Assembly: GCA_040954595.2 (NCBI GenBank)
Contig: CM082594.2
Span: 886,247 to 950,246 of the forward strand
Direction: 5' to 3'
Length of the DNA stretch: 64,000 nt
Source: Balanoglossus misakiensis
Taxonomy: Eukaryota; Animalia; Hemichordata
Shown: in pieces, positions 38,159 through 50,000 of the stretch
Layout of the letters: each line of letters starts with the position of its first letter
How positions within the stretch are numbered: the first letter of the stretch is position 1
Position numbers and translations under genes: made by a program
Notes under the pieces: generated by a model
Databases searched by the model: none
Seen by the model: only the letters and a program-made list of their open reading frames with translations
Told to the model about the DNA's origin: nothing

Positions 38159-40948
38159 ATGGATTCTATTAACATTGCCAGTTACAACTTAAGAGGTTTA
38201 AACTCCTCCCGTGGTTCTCTTGACGTTTTGCTTAATTCTTGTGATATTATCTTGGTTCATATTATCTTGGTTCAAGAGCATTGGCTTGATAAGGAAAAAT
38301 TATCTGTTCTCGGTGCTTTGCATAATGAGTTTACCTCAACATGTGTGAGTGCCATTGACAGTTCACATGGTGTTCTCACCGGCTGACCCTACGGGGGTGT
38401 TGGTATTCTTTGGCGTAAAAATCTTAGTGGTATCTCTCCTATCCTATTTGATGGAGAAAGCCGTGTTGTAGGTATTCGTATTAAAATGTCAGATAAGCCA
38501 GATGTTGTAATTTTCAATGTGTATCTGCCAACTGCAAACTCTGATTGTGATGAATATCAGCGGATCTTAGGCTTGTTACAAGTTACAATCAATGATTTAG
38601 ATACTTGCTGTTGTCTTATTTCTGGCGATTTTAATGCAGACCCAACGAGAAATCAACATGAGTTCACCCTTTTAGATAATTTTGTGAAAGATAATAAGTT
38701 CGTCTTTTCAGACATTGAACGCCTGCCCCCTGAAACGTTTACATATTTAAGTGATTCGTGTTCAGCCAGAAGTTGGCTTGATCACATTATATGCTCATCA
38801 TCGTCTGATACTATAGTTGATTCTGTTAAGGTAAACTATGATTTCATTTCATCTGATCACTTCCCTGTAATGTTCACTTTGAAGACTCATTTGCTACCAA
38901 GGATTAGTATTTCGTCACCAGCTGAAATACATAGTCCTAGTTGGAACAAAGCGTTCTCTTGTCAACTTGAAAACTATAAAGTGTATTGTGATAGACTTTT
39001 ATCTGAAGTTTATATTCCTGTTGAAGCACTAGCATGTACTGATCCAGACTGCTGTATACATTCAGAGTCGATTGACACTTTTTACAATGATATTATTTCT
39101 GTACTTTTAACCGCAGCGGATATGACTCTTCCTAAAATTACACACTCAAATAAGCATGCAATTCCTGGTTGGAATGCTCTAGTCAAAGATTATTATGACA
39201 AAGCTCGCACTGATTTTTTAATCTGGAAGGATAATGGCTCCCCTAAATTTGGTCCCTTCTTTGAACTTATGCGCAGGTCCAGAGCTCAATTTAAAAGGCA
39301 GTTAGCAAATTGTAAGAAGGCAGAAAAAGAAATGCGCGCAAATGCCCTGGCTGTAAAATTAAAGAAAGACTCCAAGGCGTACTGGAAAGATGTCAGTAAA
39401 CGGAAAGGTAGATCAATATCTCCATCATCTATTGATGGTCATTCGGGTGATGTTGAAGTGGTTAATATGTGGAAAGACCATTACGAGAATATTTTGACAA
39501 AAACTGGAAAAGAGTCCGCACCTGATTTTATGAACATTGAGTACTGTGATGACATGATTGTACACCATGAAGAAATTTGTGAATTAATTAAGAACCTTAA
39601 GACAGGTGCATCGTCGGGTATCGACATGGTGTCACCTGAGCACTTGAAGTATGCGCCATACAGAGTCAGTGTTCTACTTTCCCTCTGTTTCACGGCTATG
39701 TTAATTCATGGCATTGTTCCCAAACAATTGATGACTACGGTTTTGGTTCCCATTCCAAAAAACCCAGGTGGTGACATTTGTGACAAATCGAAGTACCGTC
39801 CTGTTGCTGTTGCAACAACGATATCTAAACTGTTAGAGAGAGTTTGGTTAAATCGCTGCATGGATTGTCTAACGACTAGCGAGCACCAGTTTGGATTTAA
39901 ACCAGGCCATGGTACCGATATGTCAATTTTTGTTCTTAAAGAAATTTTGAATTATTACAAGCGTTGTAACACTCCTGTTTTTGTCACTTTTATGGATGCA
40001 TCCAAAGCTTTTGATTATGTTCGTCACGATATTCTCTTTGTAAAATTTTTGGCGAGGGGTGTCAATCCTTATCTCATTAAGATTTTGTCATACATGTATA
40101 GGCACCAAGATTTTGTGGTGAGATGGAATGGGTTGTTATCTAAACCTTTTCACTCAAAGAATGGGGTTAAACAGGGGGGAATTACGTCACCTATATTTTT
40201 CACAGTCTACTTGGATGATATCAGCAAAAATCTTTCCGCTCTTCCGTATGGCTGCCTTGTAGGGGACTATAAGGTTAATCATTTAATTTACGCCGATGAT
40301 TTGGTTATTATATCTACTGGAGCCTATGGCCAGCAGATGCTTGTTGATACTTGTGGTCATTATGGCAGCATTAACTCAATTTTCTTCAATGAGAAAAAAA
40401 CAGTCTGTATGTTAATTCAGCCAAGTATGCGTAGGCTCAGACACGTTCCAATTTATCTGAACGGCCGAATGCTGAATTATGTCAATGTTTATAAATATCT
40501 TGGTCACCTTATCACTTGTGACCTTAGGGATAATGAGGACATTCTAGCTCAAACGCGACAATTTTATGTTCGCGGTAATGCGATTATTCGTGATTTTAAA
40601 TTTGCGTCTATCTCTGTTAAATGTCATTTGTTTTCTGTATTTTGTGATATCCCGTATTGCTCTTACTTATGGAATGCTTTTTCTGTGTGTATTTTTAATG
40701 CAGTTAGGAGAGCTTACTCCCAGGTTTTCCGTAAATTGTCTGGATTTAAACATTCTTTTATTCAGAGCAACAGTGCGATGTTTGTTAATCTTTCCATTTT
40801 AACTTTTGATGAAATACTCCGGAAAAAATCATTCAGCTTTTTAAGCAGACTCCACCTCTCAAGTAATCCACTTGTAGCCAGTGTTTTATCACTATCAGAG
40901 TTCTCAAATAGTGGACTTTGGAAGGTTTGGAGTAGACGATTGTTTTGA
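38159..40948 (+). pseudogene. LINE ORF2 (apurinic endonuclease + reverse transcriptase) with one in-frame stop
   Basis: The 75-aa and 820-aa ORFs are in the same frame (offset 327 nt) and are separated by TGA at 38384-38386 in G*PYGG. APE motifs: SYNLRG, VQEHWL, NVYLP, GDFNAD, LDHI, SDHFPV. RT motifs: YRPVA, QFGFK, DASKAFD, GVKQGGITSP, YADD, YKYLG. Confidence 0.95.
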
Positions 40949-40994
40949 TGTTTTTATGGTATTTTGTTTTGCTATGGATTATTTTATAATCTGA

Positions 40995-41025
40995 AATAAA
41001 GATGAAATAATAATAATAATAATAA
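40995..41025 (+). terminator. LINE 3' end: AATAAA signal and (TAA)6 tail
   Basis: AATAAA at 40995-41000 and TAA x6 at 41008-41025. The last ATAA is shared with the satellite target. Confidence 0.85.
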
Positions 41026-44000
41026 GCGGTCTTACCCGTCATTGCCACAAACAGTCTCAGGAAGTAAGCTTTCAGCCTACCAATGTAGCTATTGTATTTT
41101 CCACTTTTTTGTAAGTGAAGCCTGACTGTCGTCGGTCTTAGGTCACCACTTCATAAGAGGTCTTACCCGTCATTGGCACAAACAGTCTCAGGAAGTAAGC
41201 TTTCAGCCTACCAATGTAGCTATTGTATTTTCCACTTTTTGTAAGTGAAGCCTGACTGTCGCCTGTCTTAGGTCACCACTTCATAAGAGGTCTTACCCGT
41301 CATTGGCACAAACAGTCTCAGGAAGTAAGCTTTCAGCCTACCAATGTAGCTATTATATTTTCCACTTTTTGTAAGTGAAGCCTGACTGTCGCCTGTCTTA
41401 GGTCACCACTTCATAAGAGGTATTACCCGTCATTGGCACAAACAGTCTCAGGAAGTAAGCTTTCAGCCTACCAATGTAGCTATTGTATTTTCCACTTTTT
41501 GTAAGTGAAGCCTGACTGTCGCCTGTCTTAGGTCACCACTTCATGAGCGGTCTTACCCGTCATTGGCAGAAACAGTCTCAGGAAGTAAGCTTTCAGCCTA
41601 CCAATGTAGCTATTATATTTTCCACTTTTTGTAAGTGAAGCCTGACTGTCGCCTGTCTTAGGTCACCACTTCATAAGAGGTCTTACCCGTCATTGGCACA
41701 AACAGTCTCAGGAAGTAAGCTTTCAGCCTACCAATGTAGCTATTGTATTTTCCACTTTTTGTAAGTGAAGCCTGACTGTCGCCTGTATTAGGTCACCACT
41801 TCATAAGCGTTCTTACCCGTCATTGGCACAAACAGTCTCAGGAAGTAAGCTTTCAGACTACCAATGTAGCTATTGTATTTTCCACTTTTTGTAAGTGAAG
41901 CCTGACTGTCGCCTGTCTTAGGTCACCACTTCATAAGCGGTCTTACCCGGCATTGGCACAAACAGTCTCCGGAAGTAAGCTTTCAGCCTACCAATGTAGC
42001 TATTATATTTTCCACTTTTTGTAAGTGAAGCCTGACTGTCGCCTGTCTTAGGTCACCACTTCATAAGCGGTCTTACCCGTTATTGGCACAAACAGTCTCA
42101 GGAAGTAAGCTTTCAGCCTACCAATGTAGCTATTATATTTTCCACTTTTTGTAAGTGAAGCCTGACTGTCGCCTGTCTTAGGTCACCACTTCATAAACGG
42201 TCTTACCCGTCATTTGCACAAACAGTCTCAGGAAGTAAGCTTTCAGCCTACCAATGTAGCTATTATATTTTCCACTTTTTGTAAGTGAAGCCTGACTGCC
42301 GCCTGTCTTAGGTCACCACTTAATAAGCGGTCTTACCCGTTATTGGCACAAACAGTCTCAGGAAGTAAGCTTTCAGCCTACCAATGTAGCTATTATATTT
42401 TCCACTTTTTGTAAGTGAAGCCTGGCTGTCGCCTGTCTTAGGTCACCACTTCATAAGCGGTCTTATCCGTCATTGGCACAAACAGTCTCGGGAAGTAAGC
42501 TTTCAGCCTACCAATGTAGCTATTATATTTTCCACTTTTTGTAAGTGAAGCCTGACTGTCGCCTGTCTTAGGTCACCACTTCATAAGCGGTCCTACCCGT
42601 CATTGGCACAAACAGTCTCAGGAAGTAAGCTTTCAGCCTACCAATGTAGCTATTATATTTTCCACTTTTTGTAAGTGAAGCCTGGCTGTCGCCTGTCTTA
42701 GGTCACCACTTCATAAGCGGTCTTATCCGTTATTGGCACAAACAGTCTCGGGAAGTAAGCTTTCAGCCTACCAATGTAGCTATTATATTTTCCACTTTTT
42801 GTAAGTGAAGCCTGACTGTCGCCTGTCTTAGGTCACCACTTTATAAACGGTCTTACCCGTCATTTGCACAAACAGTCTCAGGAAGTAAGCTTTCAGCCTA
42901 CCAATGTAGCTATTATATTTTCCACTTTTTGTAAGTGAAGCCTGACTGTCGCCTGTCTTAGGTCACCACTTCATAAACGGTCTTACCCGTCATTGGCACA
43001 AACAGTCTCAGGAGGTAAGCTTTCAGCCTACCAATGTAGCTATTATATTTTCCACTTTTTGTAAGTGAGGCCTGAGTGTCGCCTGTCTTAGGTCACCACT
43101 TCATAAGAGGTCTTACCCGTCATTGGCGCAAATAGTCTAAGGAAGTAATCTTTCAGCCTACCAATGTAGCTATTATATTTTCCACTTTTTGTAAGTGAAG
43201 CCTGAGTGTCGCCTGTCTTAGGTCACCACTTCATTAGCAGTCATACCCGTCATTGGCACAAACAGTCTCAGGAAGTAAGCTTCCAGCCTTCCGATGTAGC
43301 TATTATATTTTCCACTTTTTGTAAGTGAAGCCTGACTGTCGCCTGTCTTAGGTCAACACTTCATAAGCGGTCTTACCCGTTATTGGCACAAACAGTCTCA
43401 GGAAGTAAGCTTTCAGCCTACCAATGTAGCTATTATATTTTCCACTTTTTGTAAGTGAAGCCTGGCTGTCGCCTGTCTTAGGTCACCACTTCATAAGCGG
43501 TCTTATCCGTCATTGGCACAAACAGTCTCGGGAAGTAAGCTTTCAGCCTACCAATGTAGCTATTATATTTTCCACTTTTTGTAAGTGACGCCTGAGTGTC
43601 GCCTGTCTTAGGTCACCACTTCATAAGAGGTCTTACCCGTCATTGGCGCAAATAGTCTAAGGAAGTAATCTTTCAGCCTACCAATGTAGCTATTATATTT
43701 TCCACTTTTTGTAAGTGAAGCCTGAGTGTCGCCTGTCTTAGGTCACCACTTCATTAGCAGTCATACCCGTCATTGGCACAAACAGTCTCAGGAAGTAAGC
43801 TTCCAGCCTACCGATGTAGCTATTATATTTTCCACTTTTTGTAAGTGAAGCCTGACTGTCGCCTGTCTTAGGTCACCACTTCATAAGCGGTCTTACCCGT
43901 TATTGGCACAAACAGTCTCAGGAAGTAAGCTTTCAGCCTACCAATGTAGCTATTATATTTTCCACTTTTTGTAAGTGAAGCCTGGCTGTCGCCTGTCTTA

Positions 44001-47000
44001 GGTCACCACTTCATAAGCGGTCTTACCCGTCATTGGCACAAACAGTCTCAGGAAGTAAGCTTTCAGCCTACCAATGTAGCTATTATATTTTCCACTTTTT
44101 GTAAGTGAGGCCTGAGTGTCGCCTGTCTTAGGTCACCACTTCATAAGAGGTCTTACCCGTCATTGGCGCAAATAGTCTAAGGAAGTAATCTTTCAGCCTA
44201 CCAATGTAGCTATTATATTTTCCACTTTTTGTAAGTGAAGCCTGAGTTTCACCTGTCTTAGGTCACCACTTCATTAGCAGTCATACCCGTCATTGGCACA
44301 AACAGTCTCAGGAAGTAAGCTTCCAGCCTACCGATGTAGCTATTATATTTTCCACTTTTTGTAAGTGAAGCCTGACTGTCGCCTGTCTTAGGTCACCACT
44401 TCATATACGGTCTTACCCGTCATTGGCACAAACAGTCTCAGGAAGTAAGCTTTCAGCCTACCAATGTAGCTATTATATTTTCCACTTTTTGTAAGTGAAG
44501 CCTGAGTGTCGCCTGTCTTAGGTCACCACTTCATAAGAGGTCTTACCCGTTATTGGCACAAACAGTCTCAGGAAGTAAGCTTTCAGCCTACCAATGTAGC
44601 TATTGTATTTTCCACTTTTTGTAAGTGAAGCCTGACTGTCGCCTGTATTAGGTCACCACTTCATAAGCGTTCTTACCCGTCATTGGCACAAACAGTCTCA
44701 GGAAGTAAGCTTTCAGCCTACCAATGTAGCTATTGTATTTTCCACTTTTTGTAAGTGAAGCCTGACTGTCGCCTGTCTTAGGTCACCACTTAATAAGCGG
44801 TCTTACCCGTTATTGGCACAAACAGTCTCAGGAAGTAAGCTTTCAGCCTACCAATGTAGCTATTATATTTTCCACTTTTTGTAAGTGAAGCCTGACTGTC
44901 GCCTGTCTTAGGTCACCACTTTATAAACGGTCTTACCCGTCATTTGCACAAACAGTCTCAGGAAGTAAGCTTTCAGCCTACCAATGTAGCTATTATATTT
45001 TCCACTTTTTGTAAGTGAAGCCTGACTGTCGCCTGTCTTAGGTCACCACTTCATAAACGGTCTTACCCGTCATTGGCACAAACAGTCTCAGGAAGTAAGC
45101 TTTCAGCCTACCAATGTAGCTATTATATTTTCCACTTTTTGTAAGTGAGGCCTGAGTGTAGCCTGTCTTAGGTCACCACTTCATAAGAGGTCTTACCCGT
45201 CATTGGCGCAAATAGTCTAAGGAAGTAATCTTTCAGCCTACCAATGTAGCTATTATATTTTCCACTTTTTGTAAGTGAAGCCTGAGTGTCGCCTGTCTTA
45301 GGTCACCACTTCATTAGCAGTCATACCCGTCATTGGCACAAACAGTCTCAGGAAGTAAGCTTCCAGCCTTCCGATGTAGCTATTATATTTTCCACTTTTT
45401 GTAAGTGAAGCCTGACTGTCGCCTGTCTTAGGTCAACACTTCATAAGCGGTCTTACCCGTTATTGGCACAAACAGTCTCAGGAAGTAAGCTTTCAGCCTA
45501 CCAATGTAGCTATTATATTTTCCACTTTTTGTAAGTGAAGCCTGGCTGTCGCCTGTCTTAGGTCACCACTTCATAAGCGGTCTTATCCGTCATTGGCACA
45601 AACAGTCTCGGGAAGTAAGCTTTCAGCCTACCAATGTAGCTATTATATTTTCCACTTTTTGTAAGTGAGGCCTGAGTGTCGCCTGTCTTAGGTCACCACT
45701 TCATAAGAGGTCTTACCCGTCATTGGCGCAAATAGTCTAAGGAAGTAATCTTTCTGCCTACCAATGTAGCTATTATATTTTCCACTTTTTGTAAGTGAAG
45801 CCTGAGTGTCGCCTGTCTTAGGTCACCACTTCATTAGCAGTCATACCCGTCATTGGCACAAACAGTCTCAGGAAGTAAGCTTCCAGCCTACCGATGTAGC
45901 TATTATATTTTCCACTTTTTGTAAGTGAAGCCTGACTGTCGCCTGTCTTAGGTCACCACTTCATAAGCGGTCTTACCCGTTATTGGCACAAACAGTCTCA
46001 GGAAGTAAGCTTTCAGCCTACCAATGTAGCTATTATATTTTCCACTTTTTGTAAGTGAAGCCTGGCTGTCGCCTGTCTTAGGTCACCACTTCATAAGCGG
46101 TCTTACCCGTCATTGGCACAAACAGTCTCAGGAAGTAAGCTTTCAGCCTACCAATGTAGCTATTATATTTTCCACTTTTTGTAAGTGAGGCCTGAGTGTC
46201 GCCTGTCTTAGGTCACCACTTCATAAGAGGTCTTACCCGTCATTGGCGCAAATAGTCTAAGGAAGTAATCTTTCAGCCTACCAATGTAGCTATTATATTT
46301 TCCACTTTTTGTAAGTGAAGCCTGAGTTTCACCTGTCTTAGGTCACCACTTCATTAGCAGTCATACCCGTCATTGGCACAAACAGTCTCAGGAAGTAAGC
46401 TTCCAGCCTACCGATGTAGCTATTATATTTTCCACTTTTTGTAAGTGAAGCCTGACTGTCGCCTGTCTTAGGTCACCACTTCATATACGGTCTTACCCGT
46501 CATTGGCACAAACAGTCTCAGGAAGTAAGCTTTCAGCCTACCAATGTAGCTATTATATTTTCCACTTTTTGTAAGTGAAGCCTGAGTGTCGCCTGTCTTA
46601 GGTCACCACTTCATAAGAGGTCTTACCCGTTATTGGCACAAACAGTCTCAGGAAGTAAGCTTTCAGCCTACCAATGTAGCTATTATATTTTCCACTTTTT
46701 GTAAGTGAAGCCTGAGTGTCGCCTGTCTTAGGTCACCACTTCATAAGCGGTCTTACCCGTCATTGGCACAAACAGTCTCAGGAAATAAGCTTTCAGCCTA
46801 CCAATGTAGCTATTATATTTTCCACTTTTTGTAAGTGAAGCCTGACTGTCGCCTGTCTTAGATCACCACTTCATAAACGGTCTTACCCGTCATTGGCACA
46901 AACAGTCTCAGGAAGTAAGCTTTCAGCCTACAAATGTAGCTATTATATTTTACACTTTTTGTAAGTGAAGCCTGAGTGTCACCTGTCTTAGGTCACCACT

Positions 47001-50000
47001 TCATAAGCGGTCTTACCCGTCATTGGCGCAAACAGTCTCAGGAAGTAATCTTTCAGCCTACCAATGTAGCTATTATATTTTCCACTTTTTGTAAGTGAAG
47101 CCTGAGTGTCGCCTGTCTTAGGTCACCACTTCATAAGCGGTCTTACCCGTCATTGGCACAAACAGTCTCAGGAAGTAATCTTTCAGCCTACCAATGTAGC
47201 TATTATATTTTCCACTTTTTGTAAGTGAAGCCTGACTGTCGCCTGTCTTAGGTCACCACTTCATAAGCGGTCTTACCCGTCATTGGCACAAACAGTCTCA
47301 GGAAGTAAGCTTTTAGCCTACCAATGTAGCTATTGTATTTTCCACTTTTTTGTAAGTGAAGCCTGACTGTCGTCGGTCTTAGGTCACCACTTCATAAGAG
47401 GTCTTACCCGTCATTGGCACAAACAGTCTCAGGAAGTAAGCTTTCAGCCTACCAATGTAGCTATTGTATTTTCCACTTTTTTTAAGTGAAGCCTGACTGT
47501 CGCCTGTCTTAGGTCACCACTTCATAAGAGGTCTTACCCGTCATTGGCACAAACAGTCTCAGGAAGTAAGCTTTCAGCCTACCAATGTAGCTATTATATT
47601 TTCCACTTTTTGTAAGTGAAGCCTGGCTGTCGCCTGTCTTAGGTCACCACTTCATAAGCGGTCTTATCCGTTATTGGCACAAACAGTCTCGGGAAGTAAG
47701 CTTTCAGCCTACCAATGTAGCTATTATATTTTCCACTTTTTGTAAGTGAAGCCTGACTGTCGCCTGTCTTAGGTCACCACTTTATAAACGGTCTTACCCG
47801 TCATTTGCACAAACAGTCTCAGGAAGTAAGCTTTCAGCCTACCAATGTAGCTATTATATTTTCCACTTTTTGTAAGTGAAGCCTGACTGTCGCCTGTCTT
47901 AGGTCACCACTTCATAAACGGTCTTACCCGTCATTGGCACAAACAGTCTCAGGAGGTAAGCTTTCAGCCTACCAATGTAGCTATTATATTTTCCACTTTT
48001 TGTAAGTGAGGCCTGAGTGTCGCCTGTCTTAGGTCACCACTTCATAAGAGGTCTTACCCGTCATTGGCGCAAATAGTCTAAGGAAGTAATCTTTCAGCCT
48101 ACCAATGTAGCTATTATATTTTCCACTTTTTGTAAGTGAAGCCTGAGTGTCGCCTGTCTTAGGTCACCACTTCATTAGCAGTCATACCCGTCATTGGCAC
48201 AAACAGTCTCAGGAAGTAAGCTTCCAGCCTTCCGATGTAGCTATTATATTTTCCACTTTTTGTAAGTGAAGCCTGACTGTCGCCTGTCTTAGGTCAACAC
48301 TTCATAAGCGGTCTTACCCGTTATTGGCACAAACAGTCTCAGGAAGTAAGCTTTCAGCCTACCAATGTAGCTATTATATTTTCCACTTTTTGTAAGTGAA
48401 GCCTGGCTGTCGCCTGTCTTAGGTCACCACTTCATAAGCGGTCTTATCCGTCATTGGCACAAACAGTCTCGGGAAGTAAGCTTTCAGCCTACCAATGTAG
48501 CTATTATATTTTCCACTTTTTGTAAGTGACGCCTGAGTGTCGCCTGTCTTAGGTCACCACTTCATAAGAGGTCTTACCCGTCATTGGCGCAAATAGTCTA
48601 AGGAAGTAATCTTTCAGCCTACCAATGTAGCTATTATATTTTCCACTTTTTGTAAGTGAAGCCTGAGTGTCGCCTGTCTTAGGTCACCACTTCATTAGCA
48701 GTCATACCCGTCATTGGCACAAACAGTCTCAGGAAGTAAGCTTCCAGCCTACCGATGTAGCTATTATATTTTCCACTTTTTGTAAGTGAAGCCTGACTGT
48801 CGCCTGTCTTAGGTCACCACTTCATAAGCGGTCTTACCCGTTATTGGCACAAACAGTCTCAGGAAGTAAGCTTTCAGCCTACCAATGTAGCTATTATATT
48901 TTCCACTTTTTGTAAGTGAAGCCTGGCTGTCGCCTGTCTTAGGTCACCACTTCATAAGCGGTCTTACCCGTCATTGGCACAAACAGTCTCAGGAAGTAAG
49001 CTTTCAGCCTACCAATGTAGCTATTATATTTTCCACTTTTTGTAAGTGAGGCCTGAGTGTCGCCTGTCTTAGGTCACCACTTCATAAGAGGTCTTACCCG
49101 TCATTGGCGCAAATAGTCTAAGGAAGTAATCTTTCAGCCTACCAATGTAGCTATTATATTTTCCACTTTTTGTAAGTGAAGCCTGAGTTTCACCTGTCTT
49201 AGGTCACCACTTCATTAGCAGTCATACCCGTCATTGGCACAAACAGTCTCAGGAAGTAAGCTTCCAGCCTACCGATGTAGCTATTATATTTTCCACTTTT
49301 TGTAAGTGAAGCCTGACTGTCGCCTGTCTTAGGTCACCACTTCATATACGGTCTTACCCGTCATTGGCACAAACAGTCTCAGGAAGTAAGCTTTCAGCCT
49401 ACCAATGTAGCTATTATATTTTCCACTTTTTGTAAGTGAAGCCTGAGTGTCGCCTGTCTTAGGTCACCACTTCATAAGAGGTCTTACCCGTTATTGGCAC
49501 AAACAGTCTCAGGAAGTAAGCTTTCAGCCTACCAATGTAGCTATTGTATTTTCCACTTTTTGTAAGTGAAGCCTGACTGTCGCCTGTATTAGGTCACCAC
49601 TTCATAAGCGTTCTTACCCGTCATTGGCACAAACAGTCTCAGGAAGTAAGCTTTCAGCCTACCAATGTAGCTATTGTATTTTCCACTTTTTGTAAGTGAA
49701 GCCTGACTGTCGCCTGTCTTAGGTCACCACTTAATAAGCGGTCTTACCCGTTATTGGCACAAACAGTCTCAGGAAGTAAGCTTTCAGCCTACCAATGTAG
49801 CTATTATATTTTCCACTTTTTGTAAGTGAAGCCTGACTGTCGCCTGTCTTAGGTCACCACTTTATAAACGGTCTTACCCGTCATTTGCACAAACAGTCTC
49901 AGGAAGTAAGCTTTCAGCCTACCAATGTAGCTATTATATTTTCCACTTTTTGTAAGTGAAGCCTGACTGTCGCCTGTCTTAGGTCACCACTTCATAAACG

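Larger units (their letters stand above)
37838..41023 (+). mobile_element. 5'-truncated non-LTR retrotransposon (APE-RT LINE; RTE-X/CR1-group-like, clade inferred)
   Basis: ORF1 C-terminus, ORF2 with APE and RT motifs, a short 3' UTR with AATAAA and a (TAA)6 tail. It is inserted at CACTTCAT|...|AAGCGG of a monomer with at most a 2-bp AT duplication. Confidence 0.96.

Noticed and set aside
39481-41048. Small ORFs at 39481-39693, 40566-40802 and 40833-41048
   Set aside because: Shadow frames overlapping LINE ORF2 and its tail.
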